64,000 nt of DNA from Squalus acanthias (GCA_030390025.1 CM059433.1:30630001-30694000); one strand, 5' to 3'. Counted from the stretch's first letter, positions 37,940 to 50,420 are shown. A program made the numbers and translations. Notes: generated by a model from the letters alone, not told the origin.

Positions 37940-37974
37940 GTTCTGATGAAGGGTCCCAGACCTGAAACGTTAAC
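37940..37974 (+). ncRNA. Minimal type I hammerhead ribozyme motif
   Basis: gtt-CTGATGA-a-gggtc cca gacct-GAAA-cg-TT-aac; stem I 3 bp, stem II 5 bp with one G-U. Confidence 0.75.
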
Positions 37975-38041
37975 TCTGTTTCTCTCTCCACGGATGCTGC
38001 CTGGCCTGCTGAGTGCTTCCAGCATTTTCTGTTGTTATTTT
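37940..38041 (+). mobile_element. Penelope-like terminal fragment (family B)
   Basis: Matches right arm of 23438-23653. Confidence 0.72.
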
Positions 38042-38149
38042 AAATGGTTCTTCATTCTGCATTGGCCCATATTATATCTGCTGTTACAATAGTTCAAACT
38101 ATTTGTACCCCTGCATGGATGTACCTTACTTAACTGTGCACAACATAAA

Positions 38150-38607
38150 AGAACAAAGACATACATTTATATAGCACCTTTCACGACCTCAGGTTATCTG
38201 AAAGCGCTTTAAAGCCAATGAAGTACTTTTTAAAGTGTAGTCACTGTTATAATGTATGAAATGCGGCAGCCAATATGCCCACAGCAAGCTCCCACAAACA
38301 GCAATGAAATAATGACCAGATCATCTGTTTTAGTGATGTCGGTTGAGGGATAAATATTGACCAGAACTCCCCTGCTCTTCTTTGAAATAGGGCGATGGGA
38401 TCTTTTACATTCACTTAAGAGGGCAGACAGGGTCTCGGTTTAACATCTCATCTGAAAGTCGATACCTCAGACAGTGCAGCACTCCCTCAGTACTGCACTG
38501 GGAGTGTCAGCCTGGATTATGTGCTCAAGTCTCTGGAGTGGGACTTAGAACCCATCACCTTCTGACTCAGAGGTGAGAGTACGACCCACTGAGTCGCGGC
38601 TAGCACC
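38150..38607 (-). mobile_element. DeuSINE, full length
   Basis: Reverse complement of family consensus. Confidence 0.88.
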
Positions 38608-39199
38608 TCATAAGAAGCCTTGCCTTGTTTTAAGCACTTCACACATTTTCTCTGTCTCCATCCTTCCTTGCAAAGAAAGAATTTGAACTAAAGGCCATTC
38701 AGGTGCTTTGTGACCTCCGTCCAATCCGGAAGGACCGGCCAAACATCGACTGCTTCTGCAGTGCTGTACATGGATCGCATCAAAGGGAATACCCTTGGAG
38801 AACACAGTCCACAAGCTGTCGTTAAATAACAGCGCAGTTCCATTTTATGCCCCCTCTGTAAAATATGTCACTCAACAAGAGTACTCAGCAAGCTACCTTA
38901 CAGCAAAAACTTACAGCCCGATTGAACACATTAGTGGAAGAAAGAGATAGCAAATTGCAGCATAATAGCTACAGCCCAGAGCAATATTGTGATTCCGAAG
39001 AATTCCTGCCCAAAGTCATTTTTCTTCCCAGCTGAAGTCAAACAGGAGGGTCCCCGAGTGCACGAGTCCCTATTTCCTGCCCTCTACCCCCACCATTTCA
39101 TATCTGTCCTAAATAACTTGAATTACAACACACCGTCATGATGTAGAAGTGCTCTAACTGCAATTTGTGAGGAAGGACAGTTAACCACAAAGATGATGG

Positions 39200-41393
39200 T
39201 ACATAGAAACATAGAAGATAGGAGCAGGAGCAGGCCATTCAGCCCCTCGAGCCTGCTCCGCCATTCAATGAGATCATGGCTGATCATCCAAATTCAGTAC
39301 CCTGTCCCTGCCTTCTCTCCATATCCCTTGATCCCTTTAGCTTTAAGAAATATATCTAACTCCTTCTTGAATATATTTAATGAATTGGCCTCTACTGCCT
39401 TCTGTGGTAGAGAATTCCACAGGTTCACCACTCTCTGGGTGATGAAATTCCTCCTCATCTCAGTCCTAAATGGCTTACCCCTTATCCTTAGACTGTGACC
39501 CCTGGTTCTGGACTCCCCGGCCATCGGGAATATCCTTCCTGCATCTAGTCTGTCTAGTCCTGTTAGAATTTTATAAGTTTCAATGAGATCCCCTCTCATT
39601 CTTCTAAACTCCAGCGAGTATAAGCCCAATCGACCCAATCTCGCCTCATATGTCATTCCTGCCATCCCAGGTATCAGCCTGGTGAATCTTCGCTGCACTC
39701 CCTCCATGGCAAGATCATCCTTCCTCAGATAAGGCGACCAAAACTGCACACAATACTCAAGGTGTGGTCTCACCAAGGCCCTGTACAACTGCAGCAAGAC
39801 ATCCTTGCTCCTGTACTCGAACCCTTTCGCTACGAAGGCCAACATACCATTTGCCTTCTTAACTGCCTGCTGCACCTGCATGCTTACCTTCAGCGACTGG
39901 TGCACAAGGACACCCAGGTCTCGTTGCACTTCCCCTTTTCCCAATCTATTGCCATTCAGATAATAATCTGCCTTCCTGTTTTTGACACCAAAGTGGATAA
40001 CCTCGCATTTATCCACATTATACTGCATCTGCCATGCTTCTGCCCACTCACCCAACCTGTCCAAATCATACTGGAGTTTCTCGGCATCCTCCTCACGGCA
40101 CACACTCCTGCCCAGCTTTGTGTCGTCTGCAAACTTGGAGATATTACATCCAATTCCCTCGTCTAGATCATTAATATATATTGTGAATAGCTGGGGTCCT
40201 AGCACCGATCCCTGCGGTACCCCACTAGTCACTGCCTGCCACTCGGAAAAAGACCCATTTATTCCAACTCTTTGCTTTCTGTCTGCCAACCAGTTCTCTA
40301 TCCAAGTCAATACCTTGCCCCCAATCCCATGTGCCTTAACTTTGCACGCTAATCTCTTACGCGGGATCTTATTGAAAACCTTCTGAAAGTCCAAATACAC
40401 CACATCCACTGGTTCTCCCTTATCTATTTTACCAGTTACATCCTCAAAAAATTCCAGTAGATTAGTCAAGCACGATTTACCTTTTGTAAATCCATGTTGA
40501 CTTTGTCCGATCCTGTCACTGTTTTCCAAGTGCTCTGCTATTACATCTTTTATAATGGACTCTAGCATTTTCCCCACTACCGATGTCAGGCTTACTGGTC
40601 TATAATTCCCCGTTTTCTCTCTACCACCTTTTTTAAATAGTGGGGTAACATTAGCTACCCTCCAATCCATGGGAACTGTTCCAGAGTCTATAGAATTTTG
40701 GAAGATGACCAGCAATGCATCTACTATTTCTAGGGCCACTTCCTTAAGTACCCTAGGATGTAGATTATCAGGCCCTGGGGATTTATCGGCCTTCAATCCC
40801 GTCAATTTCCCTAACACTATTTCCCTACAAATACTGATTTCTTTCAGTTCCTCCCTCTCATTAGACCCTATGTTCCCCGACATCTCTGGGAGGTTATTTG
40901 TGTCCTCCTTTGTGAAGACAGAACCAAAGTATGTATTTAATTGGTCTGCCATTTCTTTGTTCCCCATTATAAATTCCTCTGATTCTGACTGCAAGGGACC
41001 TACACTTGACTTCACCAATCTTTTTCTCTTCACATATCTATAAAAGCTTTTACAGTCAGTTTTTATGTTCCCTGCAAGCTTACTCTCATACTCTATTTTC
41101 CCCCTCTTAATTAATCCCTTTGTCCTTCTTTGCTAAATCCTATACTGCTCCCAATCCTCAGGTTTTCTGCTTTTTCTGGCCAATTTATATGTCCTCTCCT
41201 TGGATCTTATGCTATCCCTAATTTCCTTTGTTAGCCACGGTTGAGTCACCTTGTTTGTTTTATTTTTATGCCAAACTGGGATGAACAAATTCTGTCGTTC
41301 AGTCATGCGATCTTTGAATGTTTGCCATTGCCTATCCACCGTCAACCCTTTGAGTGACATTCCCCAATCAATCCTACCCAACTCGCGCCTCAT
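39200..41393 (-). mobile_element. Young CR1 LINE, 5'-truncated; RT region open, one nonsense codon at 41133-41135
   Basis: 579-aa ORF 39294-41033 with all RT motifs, in frame with upstream ORF; (TTCTATGT) tail. Confidence 0.98.
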
Positions 41394-41446
41394 ACAGAGA
41401 GCTAGATTAAACAAAATGGATTTTGGCATGAACTTTAAATGCCATC

Positions 41447-41880
41447 AACAACAACAATAACAACAATTTGCATTTATATGCATAGTAATAAAAGTCCCAA
41501 GGCGCTTCACGGGATTTTTATCAAACAACATTTAACACCGAAAGCTTGGTCAACGAGGTAGGTTTTAAGGAGCGTCTTAAAGGAGGAGAGAGAGGTGGAG
41601 AAGCGGAGAGGTTTAGGGAGGGAATTCCAGAGTTTAGGGCCTCGGAAGCTAAAGGTACGGCCGCCAATGGTGGAGCGTTGAAAATCAGGAATGCGGAAGA
41701 GGCCAGATTTGGAGGAGTGCAGAGATCTCGGAGGATTGTAGTGCTGGAGGAAATTACTGAGATAGGGAGGGGCAAGGTCATGGATGGATTTGAAAACAAG
41801 GATGAGAATTTAAAAATTGAGGCTTTGCCAGACTGGGAGCCAAAGTAGGTCAGCGAGCACAGGGGTGATGGGTAAACGGC
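41447..41880 (-). mobile_element. L2 LINE 3' end
   Basis: (CAA)n tail; minus strand PITPVLADLL-type ORF2 C-terminus. Confidence 0.88.
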
Positions 41881-42404
41881 ACCCAAATGACAGAGTAAAT
41901 AATTATACGCACAAAGTGCTGTAAGCTTTACAAAACATCAAATACATTCTTATCAGGGTTACTGCATCATTGCAATAAAGTACAGGGGTAGAGTGAAAAT
42001 AAATTCTAAATCGTGAGTTAGTCTCTTGGTAATCAGTTGTAGAGAACAGGAGGTGGTAGTCATTGGCTGAATTGACTTTCTGTCTGCTGCCTGTGCTGTG
42101 TGTGTGTGACTGGAATATAGAATGGACTTCAGGATTTCAGAAACAGCAACTTTTGTCCTTCTCATTGCCACACAATACTAGGGTCACCCCACCAGCTCTG
42201 ATCCACCAGAAACTCCTGGTTGTACTCCCGGTACAATGGTTTTGAGTTCAAAATCAGTGTTTGATTATTTCTCAATGGAGTAAGGCGAGGAAATAACACT
42301 GCAATTTTAAGCACTATACATTACTTAATGTTTAAAGGAATTAGCTTGTCAAACAATTATCCTAATTACACTTTTTCTCTACCTGAGATCAGGGGATGGA
42401 AGAG

Positions 42405-42489
42405 CTGTGAGAGAGAGATGCATAAAGATATATATAGAGAGATGCAGAGAGAGAGAGAAATGCAGAAAGAGAGAAAAGCAGAAAGAGAT
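42405..42489. repeat. GA-rich repeat (GAGAGATGCAGAAA motif), left part
   Basis: Same motif as 43303-43661. Confidence 0.8.
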
Positions 42490-42513
42490 GTTTTGTAAAG
42501 CTTACAGCACAAT

Positions 42514-43217
42514 GACCCTGAATTTCCGATCGGAGGCTTCCTGCGTGCGGATGCCTCCGATCGGAAAAAATCTACGCACTTACCTGCTGGCTCCGTAGGT
42601 CCCGAGACTTGCGATTATGGGCCTCTCCAGTACGAAATGCGCAGAGGCCCAGGTATCCCAGGGGCGCATGCGGTTTGCAAGCGCCCCTGGGATCACGTGG
42701 GCCATGGGGAACCAATCAAAGAAGGGAATTCCCCTTTATACTTTTGACAGGTCTCTACACACAGATCTGTCAAAAGTATGAATGGGGATCACTTAAAAAA
42801 CAGTTAAACATTAAAAAAAAATTTAAATCACGCATTTAAAATGAGTTAAAATTACATTAAATTAAATATTTTAACCAGTTTTTTACGGGGCTAAAAATAA
42901 ACTTACCTTTTTTAAAAGTATTTAAAATGATAAATGAGTGAAATTTTTAAATTTTTTTAAATTTTATTACCAGGCGTAAGATTTTTAAAGTTTTTCAGCG
43001 GGCAGAAGTTGTGCAGAAAACGGAACTCTCTGCCCGCAGAGGCCCATCTCCCGGGCAGGCAGATGATCTGTCAAGAGAATTCTTGACAGATCCCAAGTGC
43101 CGGGTTTTAGCGCATGCGCTTCGCATTCCTAAACCGGCACTTGTGAGGCCCCTACTCGGGGGGAAGGGGGGGGGGAAACACCTCATACGCACCCGTGGAG
43201 GTCGGAAAATCCGGCTC
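42514..43217. mobile_element. PIF/Harbinger-like MITE (family of 26147)
   Basis: Colinear with 26147-26910; AAT/ATT flanks. Confidence 0.85.
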
Positions 43218-43302
43218 ATTAATTATACACAATGTCATTTGGGTGCCATTCACCCATCACCCCTGTGCTCGCTGACCTACTTTAGCTTCTGATCTGGCAG
43301 AA

Positions 43303-43661
43303 CGAGAGATGCAGAAAGAGATAGAAATGCAGAAAGAGATAGAAATGCAGAAAGAGTAGAGAGATGCAGAAAGAGAGAGAGAGATGCAGAAAGAGAGAGA
43401 GAGAGCTGCAGAAAGAGATAGAGAGAGATGCAGAAAGAAACAGAGAGAGATGCAGAAAGAAAGAGAGAGAGAAGTACAGAAAGAAATAGAGGTGCAGAAA
43501 GAGAGAGAGATGCAGAAAGAGAGAGATGCAGAAAGAGAGAGAGAAATGCAGAAAGAGAGAGAGATGCAAAAAGGGATAGAAATGCAGAAAGAATAGAGAG
43601 ATGCAGAAAGAGAGAGAGAGAGAGATGCAGAAACAGAGAGATGAAGAAAGAGATAAAGAGA
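43303..43661. repeat. GA-rich compound minisatellite [(GA)n TGCAGAAA]
   Basis: Direct reading. Confidence 0.95.
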
Positions 43662-43674
43662 TGGTGTCAACTCT

Positions 43675-44040
43675 CTGAGGGAAAAAAAATTCTCCTCATC
43701 TCCCCTCTAGATCTTTGCCAATGATGTTAAATCTGAGACCTCTGGTTATTGGCCCACTCGCTAGAGGGAACAACCTTTCTCTATCTACTCTATCAAAACA
43801 CCTTATCATCTTGAAAACCTCTACTAGGTCACCTCTTAACCTTCTCTGTTCCAAGGAGAACAGTTCTAACTTTTCCAAACTCTCCTCTCATAACTGAAGT
43901 CCCTCATCCCTGGTAACATCCTGGTAAACCTCCTCTGTACCCTTTCTAAGGCCTTTACATCTTTCCTGAAGTGTGGTGCCCAGAATTCTCCACAATACTC
44001 CAAGTGAGGCCGAACCAGTGATTTACAAAGTTCTAGCATG
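43675..44040 (-). mobile_element. CR1 fragment
   Basis: LEKLELFSLEQRRLRGDLVEVFK. Confidence 0.85.
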
Positions 44041-44127
44041 ATGTTTTTGCTGATGATTTAATCAAAATCACTGAAACAGCTCATCATTGGTACACTTGTG
44101 AGAAGATTATGTTGATGTCACAAGATC

Positions 44128-44365
44128 TCCCAGAGGGGAGATGAGGAGGTTTTTTGACGCAGAAAGTTATGATCTGGAATGCACTGCCTGAAAGGGCAGT
44201 GGAAGCAGATTCAATAGCAACTTTCAAAGGGAATTTGATAAATACTTGAAAAGGAAAAATCTGCAAGATTATGGGAACAGAGCAGAAGAGTGGGACAATT
44301 TGATAGCTCTTTCAAAGAGCCGGCAGGATGGACTGAACGACCTCCTTCTGTGCTGTATGACTCTT
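44128..44365 (+). mobile_element. CR1 3' fragment
   Basis: gatctggaatgcactgcctgaaagggcagtggaagcagattc. Confidence 0.85.
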
Positions 44366-45122
44366 TGAAGGTTTTAGCGACTTTGAAATACTTTGGAATA
44401 TTGCGCTTCCGGTGTGGAACCTTACTCGATGGGAACTCAGATTGGACAATCGGGCACGGAGGACAGTGATCCCAATTTGCGGTGTTCCCAACTTCTCGGT
44501 GATTAATTTTCATTCCTGAAGTAAAGTCTTGCAAATTTAACTGTACATAACCCACACCATTTAACTCACGCCTGTTGAGAGCCAAGCAAAATCCCAGAGT
44601 GAAGAAAGGTTGCAAGATTAAGTCTAGAATATGCTTAATTTATTTTGTTTTTTCTTACTCAGACAGATTAACACATTATTGTATTTTGATGCACAGATTT
44701 AAGGAAGTTTCAGTCTGAAATGTATTCACATCTGTCAGATGGATTAAGGAAATAAGAATCTAACCCAAATGTCTGACTAATGCAGAGTTGTGAGGTAGCT
44801 AATAATATCTTAAAAGGAGCAAGCATTATACCAAGATCCTTCATAAGGCCAGATATGTTGCTAGGTTGAGGTACAGATGAGTTGGTGGTTCTTACCCATA
44901 TCTGTACTGAAATGTAACTTTATCTTGTCAGCTGTTATAAGATGACTATCAAAGCTGTGAACTGCTCTGATATATCTAATAAAATAGTTTTATTAAAATA
45001 TAAACGGATGCATATATACTTACAATGTCAATAACGGATGGTAATTGGTATCAGATTTCATTATGGCTTTGTTCAGCGAGATGCAAAAAGCACTGGCTCT
45101 TCAAACTGATCGTAAACATTAA

Positions 45123-45973
45123 GGGCTGGATTTTGAATCTGGGGTCGGGTTGGTGTCGGGAATCACACATTCTGGCTTGTGAACCCGCCTCCATCGAGAT
45201 GTGGCCAACCCACTGTATTTTCCCTTGATTGACCTTGTTGAGCCCGCCCAGTGGGCTCAGCAGGCCAATTAAGGGCCACCCGGCAACAGGTGACATCACA
45301 GATTGACATTTCATCTGTCAAGAGCTTTTGACAGATGAAATATCAACGTTTGACAGCTCTGTGAAGCTGTCAAACACTGACAATATGATTTCTAACTTCA
45401 GTCCTTCCTCTCAGGCTGAGTTAGAAATCATTCCACCACAGAAAACAGCAGGCTGCAGTTTTTGACAGGACCACGGCTTTTCTGCTTTCTGTGCCGGTGA
45501 GATTTCTGACTCCCGAGAACTGAAGGGCTGACACCTGCAGGAGGAAGTTAAGGTAAGTAAAAGTTTTTCCAACACTTAGCACTTACCTTACACACTTACT
45601 TCTGCACACATGCACCCATCACTCACCTGCCCACCGGACATATCGACCCCTCCAACCCCTGCAGACCCACGGCCCGCCCCGATAACTTGGCGTGGTTGCC
45701 ACCTGTCGGGAAGCCCACATTTCAACAATGAAAATAGGGATTATGCAAAAAACTGCCTGTTAACTACCTGTTAACAGGCAGTTAATTGTCACTAATTCCT
45801 TCCCGCCTCGGGGAGTCGGGTCTCAGCACAGGTCGGGTACCCGCCGCCAGAGAAACTGGCATGGAGGCGGGTTGGAGGCGGGATGGGGTCGGGACCCCCG
45901 AATCTGCAACTTTAACACCCCCCCCGCCCCCCGCCTCCAAACCCGACTCCACGGGTCATTGAAAATCCAGCCC
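45123..45973. mobile_element. PIF/Harbinger MITE with perfect TIR and TAA TSD
   Basis: TAA-GGGCTGGATTTT ... AAAATCCAGCCC-TAA. Confidence 0.92.
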
Positions 45974-46059
45974 TAAATGGTTCTAATACTTCAGATAAGA
46001 GCAGGAGGTCAGCCTGAAACTCTTGTTTTAATTCTTTACTAAAAAATGCTAGAATTTTC

Positions 46060-46798
46060 TAAATGGTGTGAAGCTGGGAACTGTGGATGAGCTGAGAGAT
46101 TTAGGGGTCCAAGTACAGAAATCACTGAAAGCTAGTGGACAGGTACAAAAGATAATGAAAAAGGCGAATGCATTGTTGGCCTTTATCTCAAGGGGGCTGG
46201 ATTACAAAGGGGTGGAAGTTATGTCACAGCTGTACAGAGCTCTGGTGGGACCCCATCTGGAATACTGAGTCTAGTTCTGGACACCGCACCTCAGGAAGGA
46301 TATATTGGCCTTGGAGGGGGTGCAGCACAAATTCACCAGAATGATACCGGGGCTAAAAGAGTTAAATTAAGAGGACAGGCTACATAGACTAGGCCTGTAT
46401 TCCCTCGAGTATAGAAGATTAAGGGGTGATTCAATTGAGTTGTTTAAGATGATTGAAGGAATTGATAAGGTAGATAGAGAGAAACTATTTCCTCTGGTGG
46501 GGGAGCCCAGAACAAGGGGTCATAGCCTTAAAATTAGAGCTAGGCTGTTTGGGGTGATGTCAGGAAGCACTTTTTCACACAAAGGGTGGTGGAAATCTGG
46601 AACTCTCTCCCCCAAAAAGCTGTTGAAGCTGGGGGTCAATTGAAAATTTCAAAACTGAGATTGATAGATTTTTATTAGGCAAGGGTACTAAAGGATACAG
46701 AACCAAGGCGGGTAGATGGAGTTAAGGTACAGATCAATTGTGATCTAATTGAATGGCGGATCAGGCTCAAGGAGCTGAATGGTCTACTCCTGTTCCTT
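46060..46798 (+). mobile_element. CR1 LINE 3' fragment
   Basis: RDLGVQV..LYRALVGPHLEY; RTRGHSLK; 3' UTR. Confidence 0.92.
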
Positions 46799-47431
46799 TG
46801 TTTAATATTTCTGAGTGGCATATGAGCTAATAACTGCATTCGGCAATGGTTTGTGGTTCAGTACTGTAGCTGCACAAGGAATTGATAGAAGATGCATGTT
46901 TAACGCCTCAATCCAGCATTAAGCTTGGTCCCGAACTAATTTACCTCAGTCTAGCTGAAAATGAATTGCTATGCGAATCGTTGCAGGACAGGAACTCTGC
47001 TATTCCTTCATCACATGGTTCAATTGGAAATTAGATTTCTGCCATATATTTATTTAAGAAAGGCCTAGATGATTTCAATCTGAGCATGCAAGCCTTTTTC
47101 AGTTTGCCTGCTCTGTGTTAGGGTTAGCACTACACAGATAAGACTCAAATGCAGAAAAGTAAAGATTGTATTAACCCTTAGCCTCAGTTAACTAGGGACT
47201 TGAACTCGCACTACTTTATTTTCATTCATATCCCGTACGGATACGATACAAGCCTGGAAACTACCTCATGTGCTGCTATCCCATGAACGCAGTGTCATCT
47301 TGCTTACAGTAATGGTGTTGGCATCACGGAAAGCTGCAGAAATCGTAGCAATCTGTTCATTTTTAAAAAAGGGTTGTTTATTTACTTGCTGAAATATTCA
47401 CAACAGAGATGTCAGACAGGCTTGAGATCTT

Positions 47432-48138
47432 GGGGGAAAAATTGGGTTGCTTTGTGCCTACCATTAGCGCCCCCAGGGGGCGGGGCGCAAACCCCCTCGC
47501 ACCCAGGCGCAGCGCCGCTGACACCTTCCACGAAATTCAGCGGGAGGTTAGTGGAGGTGGTAGACGGTAGCACCCCACGGCGCTGCACCTCCGGCGATGA
47601 CGTCATCACCGTGCGCAGCGCCCTGGCCGCAAACTTTGTTGCGCCCACTGACCTATCGGCAGACGATATGTCCAACAGGGTCAGGGTGGCGTTTTTGCAG
47701 CTGCGACGGTGCGGACATTTTTTTTTGGCCGCCTGCCAGCACCTGCTCCCTTCCCCTTTTTTATTCGGGGTGCCGGCCGCGATCGTTCTGCCCGGCAGTC
47801 CTCTTGAGTGCCGGGCTGCTTTCCCGGCACCCCGCTCCACGGCGGTCCAGCAGAGTCCCGGTGCACGCTGCACTAGGCCCCTCCCCTTTAATCAGGGGAG
47901 GGAGGCCTGCAATACCGCGGCGCTAAGTGCCGACGCATTTGGCGCAGTTGCACGTAGCGCCGCGATATTCACTGGTAGCGCCCAGGAAGGAGGGGGAGCG
48001 CTTCCAGTAGTGCCCCGCCTCCTGCTTGGGGCACTACCACTGAATTTATGGCGCAGGGGCGCTAACTTTTTCGGGGCGCCAAAAGTAGCGCCCCGGCGAA
48101 GTTAGCGTCCTAAAGGGGGCGCCAGCGAATTCTCCCCC
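47432..48138. mobile_element. GC/CpG-rich Harbinger-like non-autonomous element
   Basis: Ends GGGGGAAAAATT / GAATTCTCCCC; repeated TAGCGCC subterminal motifs; sharp GC boundaries. Confidence 0.65.
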
Positions 48139-48742
48139 CCCCCCCCCCCACTCCTTATATATAACGGGCTTCGACCAGAAGGCAGCTTTTAAATCTAACA
48201 CAGTGCAATGGAGTTGCGAGAACACAGATGCAATGCAACCAAGGCAAATGTATCTGCTGCTATTTCTAACCGTCTCAGATCTGCAAATACTGTAAATTTT
48301 GCAGTTCAGTTTAATCCTGTGGTAAATCTACAGTGTGTGCAATTATTAACGTAAATAAATTTGAATAAAGTAAGCAAGACGGACAGACAGAAATTCTAAC
48401 ACTGCACACACTGGCTGGTTCAACAGAACGGACTGCCAAAAGATAACATGCTAAATTCAGCGCTGTACTACAGTACAACACTGACCACACAAAGAAGTGC
48501 TTCAATGGCTTTTATTATTATTCAATTAGCTTTGGATGCCCTGAGGTCATGAAATGCAAGTTCTTTCTTTTAGATGCCTGTGACATGTGGTTTGTCTGGG
48601 AACCCAAAAGTTTAATTGCGACTTGCCAGGAAACAGTTAATTTGCTGTTAAGTAATTCATCCTGCAGGTATCAATTCTCATTTTCAAAAACACAGAGAAG
48701 GAATCACCAACAATCGATGCAAGTAATCGTTACAGATGAACG

Positions 48743-48903
48743 TAGGAAACTGACTGGCAGAAAAAGACCAACTGGTCCATCAAGCCTGCCCCATACTATG
48801 ACGACCAGAGCATCATGACTAAACACTTCCTTCCTACCTGCTTCCCGCAGCCATGTAATCTCCTGGGAGAGGCAAAAAAAAGGAAAAAACCCAAGGCCAA
48901 TTA
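48743..48903 (-). mobile_element. 3' UTR tip of long-UTR CR1 subfamily
   Basis: Reverse match to 60085-60245 (ccatgtaatctcctgggagaggc). Confidence 0.6.
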
Positions 48904-48944
48904 AGCAAAATAAATAAGCTCCTTTTCACCTACAATTCTACTTT

Positions 48945-50420
48945 TTTTTATTCGTTCCTGGGATGTGGGCGTCGCTGGCAAAGCCAGCGTTTATTGCCCG
49001 CTCCTAATTGCCCTTGAGAAGGTGGTGGTGAGCCACCTTCTTGAACCACTGCAGTCCGTGTGGTGAAGGTGCTCCCAGGGAGTTCCAGGATTTTGACCCA
49101 GCGACGATGAAGGAACGGCGATATATTTCCAAGTCAGGATGGTGTGTGACTTGGAGGAGAACTTGGAGGCGATGGTGTTCCCATGCGCCTGCTGCCCTTG
49201 TCCTTCTAGCTGGAAAAGTTCGCGGGTTTGGGAGGTGCTATCGAAGAAGTCTTGGCGAGTTGCTGCAGTGCATCTTGTAGATGGTACACACTGCAGCCAC
49301 GGTGCGCCGGTGGTGGAGTGAATGAATGTTTAAGGTGGTGGATGGGGTGCCAATCAAGCGGGCTGCTTTGTCCTGGATGGTGTCGAGCTTCTTGAGTGTT
49401 GTTGGAGCTGCACTCATCCAGGCAAGTGGTGAGTATTCCATCACACTTCTGACTTGTGCCTTGTAGATGGTGGAAAGGCTTTGGAGAGTCAGGAAGTGAG
49501 ACACTCACCGCAGAATACCCAGCCTCTGACCTGCTCTTGTAACCACACTATTTATGTCCAGTTAAGTTTCTGGTCAATGGTGACCACCAGGATGTTGATG
49601 GTGGGGGCTTTGGCGATGGTAATGCCGTTGAATGTCAAGGAGCGGTGGTTAGACGCTTGCTTGTTGGAGATATTCATTGCCTGGCACTTGTGTGGCGCAA
49701 ATGTTACTTGCCAATTATCAGACCAAGCCTGAATGTCATCCAGGTCTTGCTGCATTCGGGCATGGACTGCTTCATTATCTGAGGAGTTTTGAATGGAACT
49801 GAACACTGCAATCATCAGCGAACATCCCCACTTCTGACCTTATGTTGGTGGGAAGGTCATTGATGAAGCAGCTGAAGATGGTTGGGCAGAAGACACTGCC
49901 CTGAGGAACTCCTGCAGTGATGTTCTGGGGCAAAGATGATTGACCTCCAACAACTACAACCATCTTCCTTTGTATTAGGTATGACTCCAGCCAGTGGAGC
50001 GTTTTCCCCTCGATTCCCATTGACTTCAATTTTACTAGGGCTCCTTGATGCCACACTCGGTCAAATGCTGCCTTGATGTCAAGGGCAGTCACTCTCAGCT
50101 CACCTCTGGAGTTCAGCTCTTTTGTCCATGTTTGGACCAAGGCTGTAATGAGGTCTGGAGCCGAGTGGTCCTGGCGGAACCCAAACTGAGCATTGGTGAG
50201 CAGACTATTGGTGAGTAAGTGACGCTTGATAGCACTGTTGACAACACCTTCCATCACTTTGCTGATGATTGAGAGTAGACTTATGGGGCAGTAATTGGCT
50301 GGATTGGATTTGTCCTGCTTTTTGTGGACAGGACATACCTGTGCAGTTTTCCACATTGTCGGGTCGATGCCAATGTTGTAGCTGTACTGGACCAGCTTGG
50401 CTAGAGGTGTGGCTAGTTTG
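48945..50420 (-). mobile_element. Crack/Daphne-like LINE, 5'-truncated, degenerate RT
   Basis: ALDIKAAFDRVWH, GVPQGSV, MFADD; colinear with 28812-30455. Confidence 0.9.

Noticed and set aside
43257..43724. Low-complexity ORFs (ER-rich and SL-rich)
   Set aside because: Translation of a GA microsatellite
47374..48105. 243-aa ORF
   Set aside because: GC-rich, stop-poor repeat; overlapping ORFs on both strands; no recognisable domain
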